From Candidatus Multivorans sp. (GTDB taxonomy: Bacteria > Acidobacteriota > Thermoanaerobaculia > Multivoradales > Multivoraceae), in contig OZ251997.1 of NCBI GenBank assembly GCA_965247095.1, forward strand, positions 4,384,001-4,448,000: DNA of 64,000 nucleotides, in the 5' to 3' direction. The notes beneath the pieces are model-generated. The model did no database searches. It saw only the letters and a list, made by a program, of their open reading frames with translations, and was not told where the DNA came from. The position numbers were made by a program, and so were the translations under genes. Positions 1 to 9,295 of this stretch are shown in pieces (positions within the stretch are counted from its first letter, which is position 1; every line of letters begins with the position of its first letter).

Positions 1-260
1 GAAACGCGAACCTCAACATTGTGTCGGACTACGATTCGCTCCGGCTCAATGATATCGAGACGGTCGATCTCCGGATCGAGAAGGAGATCGCCCTGAACGG
101 TCCGGTCAACATGACGTTCGGCATCGATGCCTTCAACATCACCAACGAGGGCACGGGCCTGTCGTACCTGCTTCGCGCGGATGCGACCAACGGCGGCAAC
201 CTGGACGACAACATCTCACCGCGCATCTTCCGCTTGGGTGTGCGCCTGAGCTGGAAGTAG
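1..260 (+). CDS. TonB-dependent receptor-like outer-membrane protein, C-terminal end (5' truncated by window)
   Basis: The frame is open from the window edge. It ends ...DLRIEK...GIDAFNITN...PRIFRLGVRLSWK, the typical C-terminal beta-strand signature of Acidobacterial TonB/Oar-like receptors. Confidence 0.75.
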   Translation, partial: NANLNIVSDYDSLRLNDIETVDLRIEKEIALNGPVNMTFGIDAFNITNEGTGLSYLLRADATNGGNLDDNISPRIFRLGVRLSWK

Positions 261-313
261 TCCGGGAGCAGGAGGCGCATGGCATGAGTTACGCCGTGAG
301 CTGAAGAAACGAG

Positions 314-346
314 AAGGGCCGGGGATTTCCCCGGCCCTTTTTGTTT
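314..346 (+). terminator. Rho-independent terminator
   Basis: 11-bp stem AAGGGCCGGGG/CCCCGGCCCTT with loop ATTT, followed by a T-rich tail, about 55 nt after the receptor stop. Confidence 0.85.
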
Positions 347-446
347 GTGGCCGGTGGATTCCAACGGACTCCAGCCTCTCAGGCCCCGTTGCGGTAGTAG
401 CATGGACGGGCAGATCGGCGGTCTCCGAACCAAGGGTGGAGGACTC

Positions 447-1415
447 ATGAGCTATCGAACCCGTGTCGCCGGCGCGCTCGTCGCCGGCATTCTCCTGGCG
501 GCGGCGGTCTCGGCCCAGGCCTGGGCGGGACGGGGGCGCCTTAGCGGCACCGTTCAGGATCCTGACGGTGCGCCCGTTGCAGGGGCGAGCGTCAAGTTGA
601 CCCTGGACGGCGCCGGTCCGGAAGAGTTCTTGACCAACCAGAAGGGGCGCTGGGCACGGGCCGGGCTGGCCGGCGGCGGTTGGAAGGTGTTCGTGGCGAA
701 GCCGGGTTTCATACCCACCGAGCACACGACGCGTGTCAACGAGTACGCGACTGCCTCGGACCGCGTCTTTCTGAAGACGGTCTTGGAGCCGGGCGAGGCA
801 TCGACCGGCGAGTCGGCGGCACTGGACGACAGCGAGGCAGCTCAGGCGGCGCGCGAACTGCTGGAACGCGGCAATGCGCTGATCGGTGAGCAGGACTTCG
901 AGGGCGCGATTCAGGCCTTCACCGAGGCGTTGCCGGCTCTGTCGGACGGCGCGAAGGCGGCGGTGCTGGTCACGATCGCTCAGAACCAGGCGCGTCTGGA
1001 GCGCCACGACGAGGCATTGGCGAGTTTGGAGCAGGCACTCGGCTACGCGCCCACGAACGTGGATGCGCTGCGCCTGATGAGCCGGCGGCTGACGGCGCTG
1101 GGCCGCTCCGAGGAGGCGCAGGCGTACATCGAGCGAATGCCGGAGGATCAGCGCGCAGACCCCGAGATTCTGCTGCGCGAGGGGGTCGAGCTCTACAACC
1201 AGGACGACTTCGAGGGCGCCCGCGCCAAGTTCGACGCCGCGATCGAGGCGTCGCCCGAGTGGGGAGATGCGTACTACTACCGCGGCTTGGCGAACATGGC
1301 GTCGGGCCGGAATGCGGCCGCGGCCGCCGACTTCCGCCGACTCATCGAGCTGGCGCCTGACGATCCGAAGGCCGAGGAGGCGAAGCAGTTCGCGGAGTAC
1401 CTGGAATCGCTCTGA
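447..1415 (+). CDS. Secreted carboxypeptidase-regulatory-like domain + TPR protein
   Basis: GGAGG RBS before ATG447. Signal peptide, GRLSGTVQDPDGAPVAGASV (CarboxypepD_reg-like) and C-terminal TPR helices. Confidence 0.8.
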   Translation: MSYRTRVAGALVAGILLAAAVSAQAWAGRGRLSGTVQDPDGAPVAGASVKLTLDGAGPEEFLTNQKGRWARAGLAGGGWKVFVAKPGFIPTEHTTRVNEYATASDRVFLKTVLEPGEASTGESAALDDSEAAQAARELLERGNALIGEQDFEGAIQAFTEALPALSDGAKAAVLVTIAQNQARLERHDEALASLEQALGYAPTNVDALRLMSRRLTALGRSEEAQAYIERMPEDQRADPEILLREGVELYNQDDFEGARAKFDAAIEASPEWGDAYYYRGLANMASGRNAAAAADFRRLIELAPDDPKAEEAKQFAEYLESL

Positions 1416-1450
1416 GCGAGCGGTCCCGGCAGGCAGCGGCCGCCCTCCTG

Positions 1451-3604
1451 TTGACGGTTCCGGCCTTGGTGGCCTGCCAGCCGGGGCAGGGCCACGAAGA
1501 GTCGGCGGTCGTTGGGGAGGCTACTCGCTGGCCTGAGGCGCCCGTTCCCGGTTTCGCGAGCGATGTCGTCCTGGTGACGATCGACACCCTCCGTGCGGAC
1601 GCGCTTGGTTTCGCGGGCAACGCGGCAGCGGAGACCCCTCACCTGGACGGTCTGGCAGCGAGCGGCTGGGTCTTCGACAGGGCGCATGCGCACAGCGTGA
1701 TGACGCTGCCTTCGCACGCGAACCTGCTGACGGGCCAACTGCCGTATGAGCACGGAGTGCGTGACAACGCCGGCTTCGTGCTGCCGGAGTCCGTGCCGAC
1801 CGCTGCCGAGGCGTTTGCCGGCGCCGGATTCCGGACGGCCGCATTCGTCGCCGCGTTCCCGCTCGACGCCCGCTACGGGCTGGACCGGGGCTTCGAGGTC
1901 TACGACGATGCCTATCCGGAGGGTTCGGCGCGGGCCTTTGCCGTCGCGGAGCGGAGCGGCGAGGAAGTAGTGGCGGCGGCAGCTTCCTGGTGGGAGCGGC
2001 ATGAGGGTGAACCCAGGTTCCTTTGGGTCCATCTGTACGAGCCCCACGTCCCGTACGAGCCGCCTGCGCCGTTCTCGGCCCGCTTCGCCGAAGAGCCCTA
2101 CCTGGGCGAAGTCGCGGCGGCCGACGACTACGTGGGCCGGTTGGTGCAGGCGGTGGCGCCCCGCGAAGGGCGCCCGGACGTGCTCGTGATCGTCACCTCG
2201 GATCACGGCGAGGGCCTGGGAGATCACGGTGAAGAGACGCACGGCCTCTTCGCGTACGAGGCAACGCTTGCCGTGCCCCTCGTCTTGTGGGCCGAAGCGC
2301 TGACCGCCGCCCGGATCGATACGCCCGTGCGCCACGTCGACGTGTTGCCGACGATGCTGGAAGCGGCAGGGATCGAAGCCTCCGCGATCCCCGACATGGC
2401 GGGCCGCAGTCTCTGGAGGGCGCTTGGCGACGGCGGTGGACCGGATGGACGCGACGCGACCTACTTCGAGGCGCTGCGCTCCAACCTTCAGCGTGGTTGG
2501 GCGCCTCTGCGCGGCGTGATTGTCGAGCGCAAGGCCGGGACCGGCGGAGAGGGCGGCGTCCGCATACTCAAGTACATCTCGCTGCCGCGCCCCGAACTCT
2601 ACGATCTCGCTGCCGACCCGGCGGAGGTCAGAAACCTCCATGCCGCGGAGGCATCGGCCGCGGCCGAGTTCGCGGCTCTGTTGCCGGTCGAATCCGAGTG
2701 GCCGCCGCTGGCTGGCACGGTCAGCGAGGACGAGCGGCGGGCGCTCCAGAGTCTTGGTTACCTGAGTTCCTCGGGCGGCAGCCTCCTGCCGGAGTCATAC
2801 GGTGAGCAGGACGACCCCAAGAACCTCGTGGACCTCGATCGGTTGATCCAGCACTATTCGGAGGCGTACCAGGATGGCCGCCTGGAGCAGGCCGAGGACC
2901 TCGCGCGGCGGACGATCCAGCGCCGACCGCAGATGGGCCTCGGATACTCCAACTTGGCCCAGGTCCTGCTCGACCAGGGGCGGATCGAGGAAGCGCTGCG
3001 CCTGATGGTCGACGCCGAGCGACGGGGCCTGGCGTCCCCTTTCCTGCAACGGCAGTTGGCGTTGACTCTGGCCCAGGTGGGGCAAGCGCAGGGCGCGGTG
3101 CGCTTGATGGAGCGGCATGCCGGATCGAGAGATCCGGACGCGCTGAACGTCCTTGGCCTGGTGCTTGCCGAGTCGGGTGAGACCGATCGTGCCAGGGACA
3201 TCCTGCTGCGGTCCATTGAGCTTGACGAGAGGAACCCGAGAGCGCGGCAGAACCTGGCTCTTGCGGCTCTCCACGCCGGAGACTGGCCGCTTTGCGAGCG
3301 TGAAGCGCGCGAAGCGCTTGCACTCAACCCTGCGTTGCCGCTGGCCTGGAACTACTTGGGGATCGCACTGTTCAACCAGCGACGGGCGGACGAGGCGATC
3401 GAGGCCTGGCGGCAGGCGGTGGCGCTCGATCCGCGTGACCTCGGCGTGTTGTTCAACCTGGGGAGCGTGGCTGCGCGAGCCGGACGCCGGGAGGTTGCCG
3501 GGCCGGCGCTGGAGCGGTTTGTGCGCGAGGCGTCCGCGCCGGCTCTCGGCGGGCGCCATGCAGCGGATCTTGCGGTGGCGCGGTCGTTGCTGCGAGGCCT
3601 GTAG
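1451..3604 (+). CDS. Sulfatase/alkaline-phosphatase-superfamily hydrolase with C-terminal TPRs
   Basis: VVLVTIDTLRAD, TLPSHANLLTG, HLYEPH, SDHGEGLGDHGE and ELYDLAADP motifs, then TPRs. The start may extend to an in-frame CTG at 1412 overlapping the upstream stop. Confidence 0.85.
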   Translation: MTVPALVACQPGQGHEESAVVGEATRWPEAPVPGFASDVVLVTIDTLRADALGFAGNAAAETPHLDGLAASGWVFDRAHAHSVMTLPSHANLLTGQLPYEHGVRDNAGFVLPESVPTAAEAFAGAGFRTAAFVAAFPLDARYGLDRGFEVYDDAYPEGSARAFAVAERSGEEVVAAAASWWERHEGEPRFLWVHLYEPHVPYEPPAPFSARFAEEPYLGEVAAADDYVGRLVQAVAPREGRPDVLVIVTSDHGEGLGDHGEETHGLFAYEATLAVPLVLWAEALTAARIDTPVRHVDVLPTMLEAAGIEASAIPDMAGRSLWRALGDGGGPDGRDATYFEALRSNLQRGWAPLRGVIVERKAGTGGEGGVRILKYISLPRPELYDLAADPAEVRNLHAAEASAAAEFAALLPVESEWPPLAGTVSEDERRALQSLGYLSSSGGSLLPESYGEQDDPKNLVDLDRLIQHYSEAYQDGRLEQAEDLARRTIQRRPQMGLGYSNLAQVLLDQGRIEEALRLMVDAERRGLASPFLQRQLALTLAQVGQAQGAVRLMERHAGSRDPDALNVLGLVLAESGETDRARDILLRSIELDERNPRARQNLALAALHAGDWPLCEREAREALALNPALPLAWNYLGIALFNQRRADEAIEAWRQAVALDPRDLGVLFNLGSVAARAGRREVAGPALERFVREASAPALGGRHAADLAVARSLLRGL

Positions 3605-3611
3605 CAGCTAG

Positions 3612-5876
3612 TCAGCCGTCCTCCGGGGGCTCTGCCGCTTCCAGTCCACCCTCGCGGGCGTCCTCCTGGTCGTTGCGGTAGAGCTGTTGGTAGCGCTCCA
3701 TCTCGGCTGCCGCCTCTTCGTCCCGGCCGAGGCGTCTCAGTACCTGCGCCAGCCCGTAGGCGGCCTCGCTGTGCTCGGGCGCCAGGCCAACCGCTCGGCG
3801 GTAAACGGCTTCAGCCCGCGTGAGGCGGTCTCGTCCTTCGGAGGCTGTTGCCTCGCCGGCGGCGCCGCCCCAGGCGCGGCCCAGTTCGGTCAGCAGGGCT
3901 GCGTCCGGCTCGGTCAGCGTCGCCGCGAGCTCCAGGGACTCAGCCGCCTCCAGGTGTGCGCCGCGCCAGAGGAGCAGACCGCCGAGCAGCCGGTGCGCTG
4001 CCGCGGACGAGGGCAGGAGAGCAGCCGCCTCGCGGGCCTGTAGCTCGGCTTCTGCCGGCTTGTTGTTCTCCCAGAGCGTGGACGCGAGGTCGAGGCGCAG
4101 GGAGGCGTCAAGGGGATCATGAGAAACGGCGCGGAGGAGCGGCTCTTCCGCCGCCTGGAAGTTGCGGCTGCGCATCTGCTCGCGCCCGATCCGCGCCCAG
4201 GCGCGTTCCTCGTTCGCCTCAGCCTCCTCCGCGTTCGGAGCGCCGCCGATTCGTTCGAGATGGCCTCGCGCCGGCGCGTCGTCGGGCCGGACCTCGAGCA
4301 ACCTTTCGAGGAGTCCACGTGCTTCCTCGTTGCGGTCGATGCTCATCAGCAGGACGGCGTAGTCGGCCAGCACCGCGGGATGGCCGGGTTGATCTTCGAG
4401 GGCTTGACGGAACATCTCCTCGGCCTCGACCAGACGCTCGAGTGACATCAGCACGGCCCCCCGCTGGTAGAGACCGTCGGCACGCCCCGGCGCCGCGACG
4501 AGCGCCTGGTCGGCGGCGGTCAGCGCCTCTTCGCCGCGGCCGGCGCCCAGCAGAATGGAGGATGCGGCATAGGCGGGCCGGGGGTCGGTCGGCGCCAACT
4601 GCGCCTCCCGGGCGAGGATGCCGAGCGCCGCCTCGACATCGCCGGCGGTGGCCAGTTCCAGGGCCTCCCGCACCTCGCGGCCGGTCGGGTCGGCGATGTC
4701 GCGCCGCATCCGGTTGACCGAGGCGACCTCGTTGCCTGCTGCCCGCGACAGCGTCTGGAATCGCTCCAGGACCTCCCTTGCCTCCTCGCGCTCGTCGCTG
4801 GCGGCAAGCGCCTGTCCGAGCGCCTGGTAGGCGTCCGGAGTGTCCGGCTCGAGTTCGGTGGCCAGACGCAGGAACGGCACCGCACGCTCGGCCTCGCCGG
4901 CCGAATGGAGGAAGCGACCGTACTCGAGCACGACGTCCCGGGCCACGGGAGGCGGATTCTCCGGCGGCGGGCTGTTGGGCAGCGGCTCGGCGAACGGCGC
5001 CAGCGTCTTGATCGCTTCCTGCAGGCGGCCTGCCTGAAAGTAGGCGCTCGCGAGCAGGACCGCATCCTCGGGGCCGCTGGTCGGGGCGGCCTCGATTTGG
5101 CCGAGAGCGGCATCTGCGTCGCCGACCACCAGGTAGGCGCGGGCGAGAGTGCGCCGGATGGCGCCGTCGATGCCGGGAGGCGGCTCGTCGGCCAGAAGGC
5201 GCAGTTCGTTGATCGCGCCCCGGGGGTCCGCTTGTTGGAGCAGGACCTGCGCTCGGAGCATCTTGAGGCCGGGATCGTCGCCGCTCAGTCCTTCGAGCAA
5301 CGTCTCGGCTTCGGGCGTTCGCTCGAGGACGATTGCGCCTGCCGCCGCCGCCATCCGGGCTTCGTGGTCCTGCGGGTTGGCCGCGGTCCAGGGTCGCAGG
5401 AACGCGTAGGCCTCGGCCGGTTGTCCGACTCGCCCCAGCAGCATGCCGAGCGAGCGCAGCGCCGGCGAGCGGGGCTGGATCGCCAGGGAGCGCCGATAGT
5501 AGACACCCGCCGCCTGGCGCCGTCCGAGCGCTTCGGCGGCGCGGCCGGCGTTGTAGAGCACGCCCGGATCGGCCGGTTCGGGGGCCGCCAGCGGCGCCAG
5601 GATCTCGATCGCCCTCTCCATGTTGCCCGCCTCGACGTGCAGACTGCCGAGCAGGGCGAACGCCGCGTCCGGTGCGTCGTCCTCGGCGCAGAGCGCCTCC
5701 GCCAAGGCGATGGCGCCGGCCAGATCTCCGGCGCCGGCGCGCTCCAGAACCTCGGCCATGGCGGCAGGGAGTTCCGGGACGGGGGCGATCTGCTGAGCAG
5801 GACGTGGCGCCGCTGTCCCCATCGCGGAGTGTGCCGCCAAAACCACAAAGGTGGCGACAAGGACCGGAGGGTTCAT
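3612..5876 (-). CDS. Secreted multi-TPR protein
   Basis: Signal peptide and many Ala/Leu-rich TPR units (e.g. AYQALGQALAA, AAYGLAQVLRRLG). Confidence 0.8.
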   Translation of the reverse strand: MNPPVLVATFVVLAAHSAMGTAAPRPAQQIAPVPELPAAMAEVLERAGAGDLAGAIALAEALCAEDDAPDAAFALLGSLHVEAGNMERAIEILAPLAAPEPADPGVLYNAGRAAEALGRRQAAGVYYRRSLAIQPRSPALRSLGMLLGRVGQPAEAYAFLRPWTAANPQDHEARMAAAAGAIVLERTPEAETLLEGLSGDDPGLKMLRAQVLLQQADPRGAINELRLLADEPPPGIDGAIRRTLARAYLVVGDADAALGQIEAAPTSGPEDAVLLASAYFQAGRLQEAIKTLAPFAEPLPNSPPPENPPPVARDVVLEYGRFLHSAGEAERAVPFLRLATELEPDTPDAYQALGQALAASDEREEAREVLERFQTLSRAAGNEVASVNRMRRDIADPTGREVREALELATAGDVEAALGILAREAQLAPTDPRPAYAASSILLGAGRGEEALTAADQALVAAPGRADGLYQRGAVLMSLERLVEAEEMFRQALEDQPGHPAVLADYAVLLMSIDRNEEARGLLERLLEVRPDDAPARGHLERIGGAPNAEEAEANEERAWARIGREQMRSRNFQAAEEPLLRAVSHDPLDASLRLDLASTLWENNKPAEAELQAREAAALLPSSAAAHRLLGGLLLWRGAHLEAAESLELAATLTEPDAALLTELGRAWGGAAGEATASEGRDRLTRAEAVYRRAVGLAPEHSEAAYGLAQVLRRLGRDEEAAAEMERYQQLYRNDQEDAREGGLEAAEPPEDG

Positions 5877-5885
5877 GCGGCGATG

Positions 5886-7589
5886 CTATCTCCGCAGCCG
5901 GACGCGCCGGTTGGCCGGCAGGTCGCGCAGCACGAGGGCTTTCTCCGCGGGAGGTTGGCGCACGGTCAGGCGTTCGACCCGTTCCTCGTCCCCGAGTCCG
6001 AAGAAGAGGGTCTGGGTGCTCTGAGACAGGTAGGACGAGCCCGCCCGCACTTCTCGAATCTGCGTCCCTCCACCTGTCGTGAGCACCACTCGGGCGCCGA
6101 TCGTTCCAGGGCCGCTCCCGTTGTGCGAAGAGAAGCCGAACGCAAGCCACCTCCCGGAAGTCCGGTTCTCGTACGTTTCGGATAGCTGGTTCGAGTTGAC
6201 GACCACCACGTCGAGGTCGCCGTCGAGATCGAGGTCGGCGACCGCCGAGCCGCGGCTGGTGCGCACGGCGTCGAGACCGACATCGCGCCGCTCCCGGAAG
6301 CGCCCACCGCCCAGGTTCTCGAACAGTTGGTTGGGTTGCTCGTACGTTCCGACTTCGCCGATACGCGCCGCGTTCGGCTGGATGTGGCCGTTGGCCACGA
6401 ACAGGTCGAGATCACCGTCGAGGTCGGCGTCCAGGGCATTGACACCGAAAGCCAGGCGCTGCAGCGAAGGCTGGGCCAGCCCCGACGGGAAGCGCTGGTC
6501 GAGGAAGACACCGCCGCCGGCGCTGCGGTAGAAGGCGTTCGTCTCGAGCGCGAAGTTGGTCACCACCAGGTCCTGTAGACCGTCGCCGTCGAGGTCGGCC
6601 AGTTCGACCCCCATCCCGGCCTCCGCGTTGCCGCTTCGGTCATAGGCGGCGCCGGAGAGCAGCGACTCGTCCTCGAACCGGCCGCCGCCGAGACCGCGGA
6701 AAAGCAGGTTCGGATCCTTGTCGTTGGCCACGTACAGATCGGGCCAGCGGTCACCGTCGAGATCGCCGATCACCACGCCGAGGCCTGCCTCGGCGACGGT
6801 GTCGAGGCCGCTGGCGGCGGTCGCGTCGACGAAGTACCCGTTGCCGTCGTTGAGGTAGAGGCGGTCCGGCACGCCGTTGTACATGTCGGGGTGGCAGTAG
6901 CCGCGTTCGGGCTTGCCGGTGTCGCCGTCCGACCTCTTGTTTGAGGCGCCAAGGCCGCAGAACTTGTTGTTCGTGACCGAGAAGTCGGTGTAGTTCGCCA
7001 CGTAGAGGTCGAGGTCGCCGTCCAGGTCGATGTCGCCGAAGGCGGCCGAGGCGCTCCAGCGGGGATCGTCGACGCCTCGCTCCGTGCCGGCGGCCCGGAA
7101 GCTGCCGTCGCCCAGGTTCAGAAAGAGCTCGTTGTTGCCGAATGCAGTGACGTAGAGGTCGAAGTCGCCGTCGCCGTCGATGTCGCCCGCGGCGCCGCCG
7201 ATGCCGTAGCCGCCGATGTCGATGCCGGCTGGGCCCGTCACATCGGCGAAACGCGGGGAACCGGCGCCCGTGTCGTTGCGCAACAGCCGGGATCGCGGCG
7301 GCGGACCGTCGTATCCGGGGAGGATCCCGCCGTCGACGAAGAAGACGTCGTCGTCGCCGTCGCCGTCGTAGTCGAAGAGCACGACCCCGCCTGCCATCGT
7401 CTCGACCATGTACATCCGGCCCGAGACTCCGGCGTTGTGCTTGAAGTCGAGTCCCCAGGCAACGCTGACCTCTCGGAAGGTGACTTCGCCGCCGGCAGCG
7501 GAAGTCGCCAGAGCTGCAATGCCGGACAGGCCGGCCGCTGCCAGACGCGCTATGCAGGCGCCCCGCTTGCTTTCGGCCGGCGTGTTCAT
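5886..7589 (-). CDS. CRTAC1-family FG-GAP repeat / ASPIC-UnbV protein
   Basis: Repeated DxDGDGDxDL motifs, YCHP, EAGMG and C-terminal GSSYLSQ...FGLG (ASPIC/UnbV). Confidence 0.9.
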   Translation of the reverse strand: MNTPAESKRGACIARLAAAGLSGIAALATSAAGGEVTFREVSVAWGLDFKHNAGVSGRMYMVETMAGGVVLFDYDGDGDDDVFFVDGGILPGYDGPPPRSRLLRNDTGAGSPRFADVTGPAGIDIGGYGIGGAAGDIDGDGDFDLYVTAFGNNELFLNLGDGSFRAAGTERGVDDPRWSASAAFGDIDLDGDLDLYVANYTDFSVTNNKFCGLGASNKRSDGDTGKPERGYCHPDMYNGVPDRLYLNDGNGYFVDATAASGLDTVAEAGLGVVIGDLDGDRWPDLYVANDKDPNLLFRGLGGGRFEDESLLSGAAYDRSGNAEAGMGVELADLDGDGLQDLVVTNFALETNAFYRSAGGGVFLDQRFPSGLAQPSLQRLAFGVNALDADLDGDLDLFVANGHIQPNAARIGEVGTYEQPNQLFENLGGGRFRERRDVGLDAVRTSRGSAVADLDLDGDLDVVVVNSNQLSETYENRTSGRWLAFGFSSHNGSGPGTIGARVVLTTGGGTQIREVRAGSSYLSQSTQTLFFGLGDEERVERLTVRQPPAEKALVLRDLPANRRVRLRR

Positions 7590-9295
7590 CGGACCACCCG
7601 CACACGCTGCCCGAGCGCCAGTCCCGGCAGCCGCAGGCTGCCCTGCCTGGGCCAGCGAATCCTGAGCTCGACGACTCCGGCGGGCGCCTCGGCATCGCCG
7701 GCCTCGTCTGCGTTGCCGGAGACTGGCACACCGAAGGTCTGGGTCAGCGGATTCTGGGACAGGTAGGACGAGCCGGCCCGGATCTCGCGCCGCTGGTTCC
7801 CGCCCCGCGACCGAAGCTCAAGCAACGCGCCGATTGCACGCCGGTTGGGTGTCCCGGTGTCGAGCAGGTCCACCTGGATCGCCTCGCCTCGAAGGTCGCT
7901 CTCGTTGCGGTAGGCCTCCGCGTGGTCATTGCTGTTCGCGATGACGAGATCGAGATCGCCGTCGAGATCGAAATCGGCGGTGGCCAGCCCGCGGCTGACG
8001 CGAACGGCTGAGATGCCGCTATCCTGGATTTCTACGAACCGGCCGCCGAGGTTCTCGAGGAGTTGGTTGGGCTGCTTGTAGGCCGCGCCGCCGAAACCTT
8101 CGTGTTCGGTGATGTTGTGGATCACGTGGCCGTTCGCGACCGCGAGGTCGAGGTCGCCATCGAGATCGAAGTCGGCCAGGTCGGTTCCGAAACCGACCCA
8201 GGGCATGGACGGTTCGGCGATGCCGGCGATGAACCGTCGCTCGAGGAACAGCCCGTCGCCCCGGTTCGCGTAGAGGGCGTTGGTCTGCCGGTCGAGGTGG
8301 GTGATGATCAGGTCCTCGAAACCGTTGCCGTCGATGTCGCCGACGGCAATGCCCATGCCGGCCTCGGGCTCGCCGCGGTCCGACAGCGCGGTGCCGGCGA
8401 GAAGAGCATCGTCCTCGAAACGAAGACCCTCCGCAGTGGCCCGGTTCAGGAAGTGCAGGTTGGGGTCCATGTCGTTTGCGACGTAGATGTCGGGCCTCCG
8501 GTCGTCGTCGAAGTCCGTGATGACGACGCCCAGGCCGGCGCCGCGAGCTTCACCGAAGCCGAACTCCGCCGTCGCGTCTACGAAGGAGGTCCGGCCCTGT
8601 TCGCGGTAGTCGTTGCGGTAGAAGCGGTCCGGCAGAGGGTCGTAGGCATCCGGGTGGCAGTAGGAGCGGATGCCGCGTTCCGGTTGGCCGCAGAGCTGGT
8701 TGTTGTCGTAGCTGAAGTCGACGTAGTTCGTGACGTAGAGGTCGAGATCGCCGTCCAGATCCACATCGCCGAACGCTGCCGAGGCGCTCCAGGAAGGGTC
8801 GGCGGCGGCGTTGTCCGGCGGTGCGGCACGGAAGGCGCCGTCGCCGTCGTTCAGCCATAGCCGATTCGGCCCGAAGGCGGTCAGGTAGAGATCGGGATCG
8901 CCGTCCCCGTCGACATCGCCGGCCACGGCGCCCATGCCGTAACTGTCGAGGAGGATGCCCGACGGGTCCGTTACGTCGACGAAACGGCCACCTTCGTTGG
9001 CCAGGTCATTGCGCAGCAGGGTCGTCCGGCCAGGCTTGCCGCCGTAGGGCGCTGGCTCGCCGCTGTCCACGAACAGCAGGTCGTCGTCGCCGTCGCCGTC
9101 GTAGTCGAACGCGACCACGCCGCTGCCCACCGTCTCGACCATGTAGTAGTCGCCCCGCCCGCCATGGTGGTGACGGAAATCGATGCCCCAGACTTCGGCG
9201 GCGTCCACGAAACGGAGGGCCCGGTCGCCTGCCGCTTCGTCGGCCGCGGTCATCGCGAGCGCGGCCGCGAGGGTTGGGATCAGGGCGAGAACCAC
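7586..9295 (-). CDS. CRTAC1-family FG-GAP repeat / ASPIC-UnbV protein
   Basis: Same architecture as its neighbour (DYDGDGDDDL, YCHP, EAGMG, GSSYLSQ). 4-nt overlap with the downstream gene. Confidence 0.9.
   Translation of the reverse strand: MVLALIPTLAAALAMTAADEAAGDRALRFVDAAEVWGIDFRHHHGGRGDYYMVETVGSGVVAFDYDGDGDDDLLFVDSGEPAPYGGKPGRTTLLRNDLANEGGRFVDVTDPSGILLDSYGMGAVAGDVDGDGDPDLYLTAFGPNRLWLNDGDGAFRAAPPDNAAADPSWSASAAFGDVDLDGDLDLYVTNYVDFSYDNNQLCGQPERGIRSYCHPDAYDPLPDRFYRNDYREQGRTSFVDATAEFGFGEARGAGLGVVITDFDDDRRPDIYVANDMDPNLHFLNRATAEGLRFEDDALLAGTALSDRGEPEAGMGIAVGDIDGNGFEDLIITHLDRQTNALYANRGDGLFLERRFIAGIAEPSMPWVGFGTDLADFDLDGDLDLAVANGHVIHNITEHEGFGGAAYKQPNQLLENLGGRFVEIQDSGISAVRVSRGLATADFDLDGDLDLVIANSNDHAEAYRNESDLRGEAIQVDLLDTGTPNRRAIGALLELRSRGGNQRREIRAGSSYLSQNPLTQTFGVPVSGNADEAGDAEAPAGVVELRIRWPRQGSLRLPGLALGQRVRVVR

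Noticed and set aside
345-400. Possible tRNA fragment or att site after the terminator
   Set aside because: No cloverleaf or T-loop consensus could be built on either strand.
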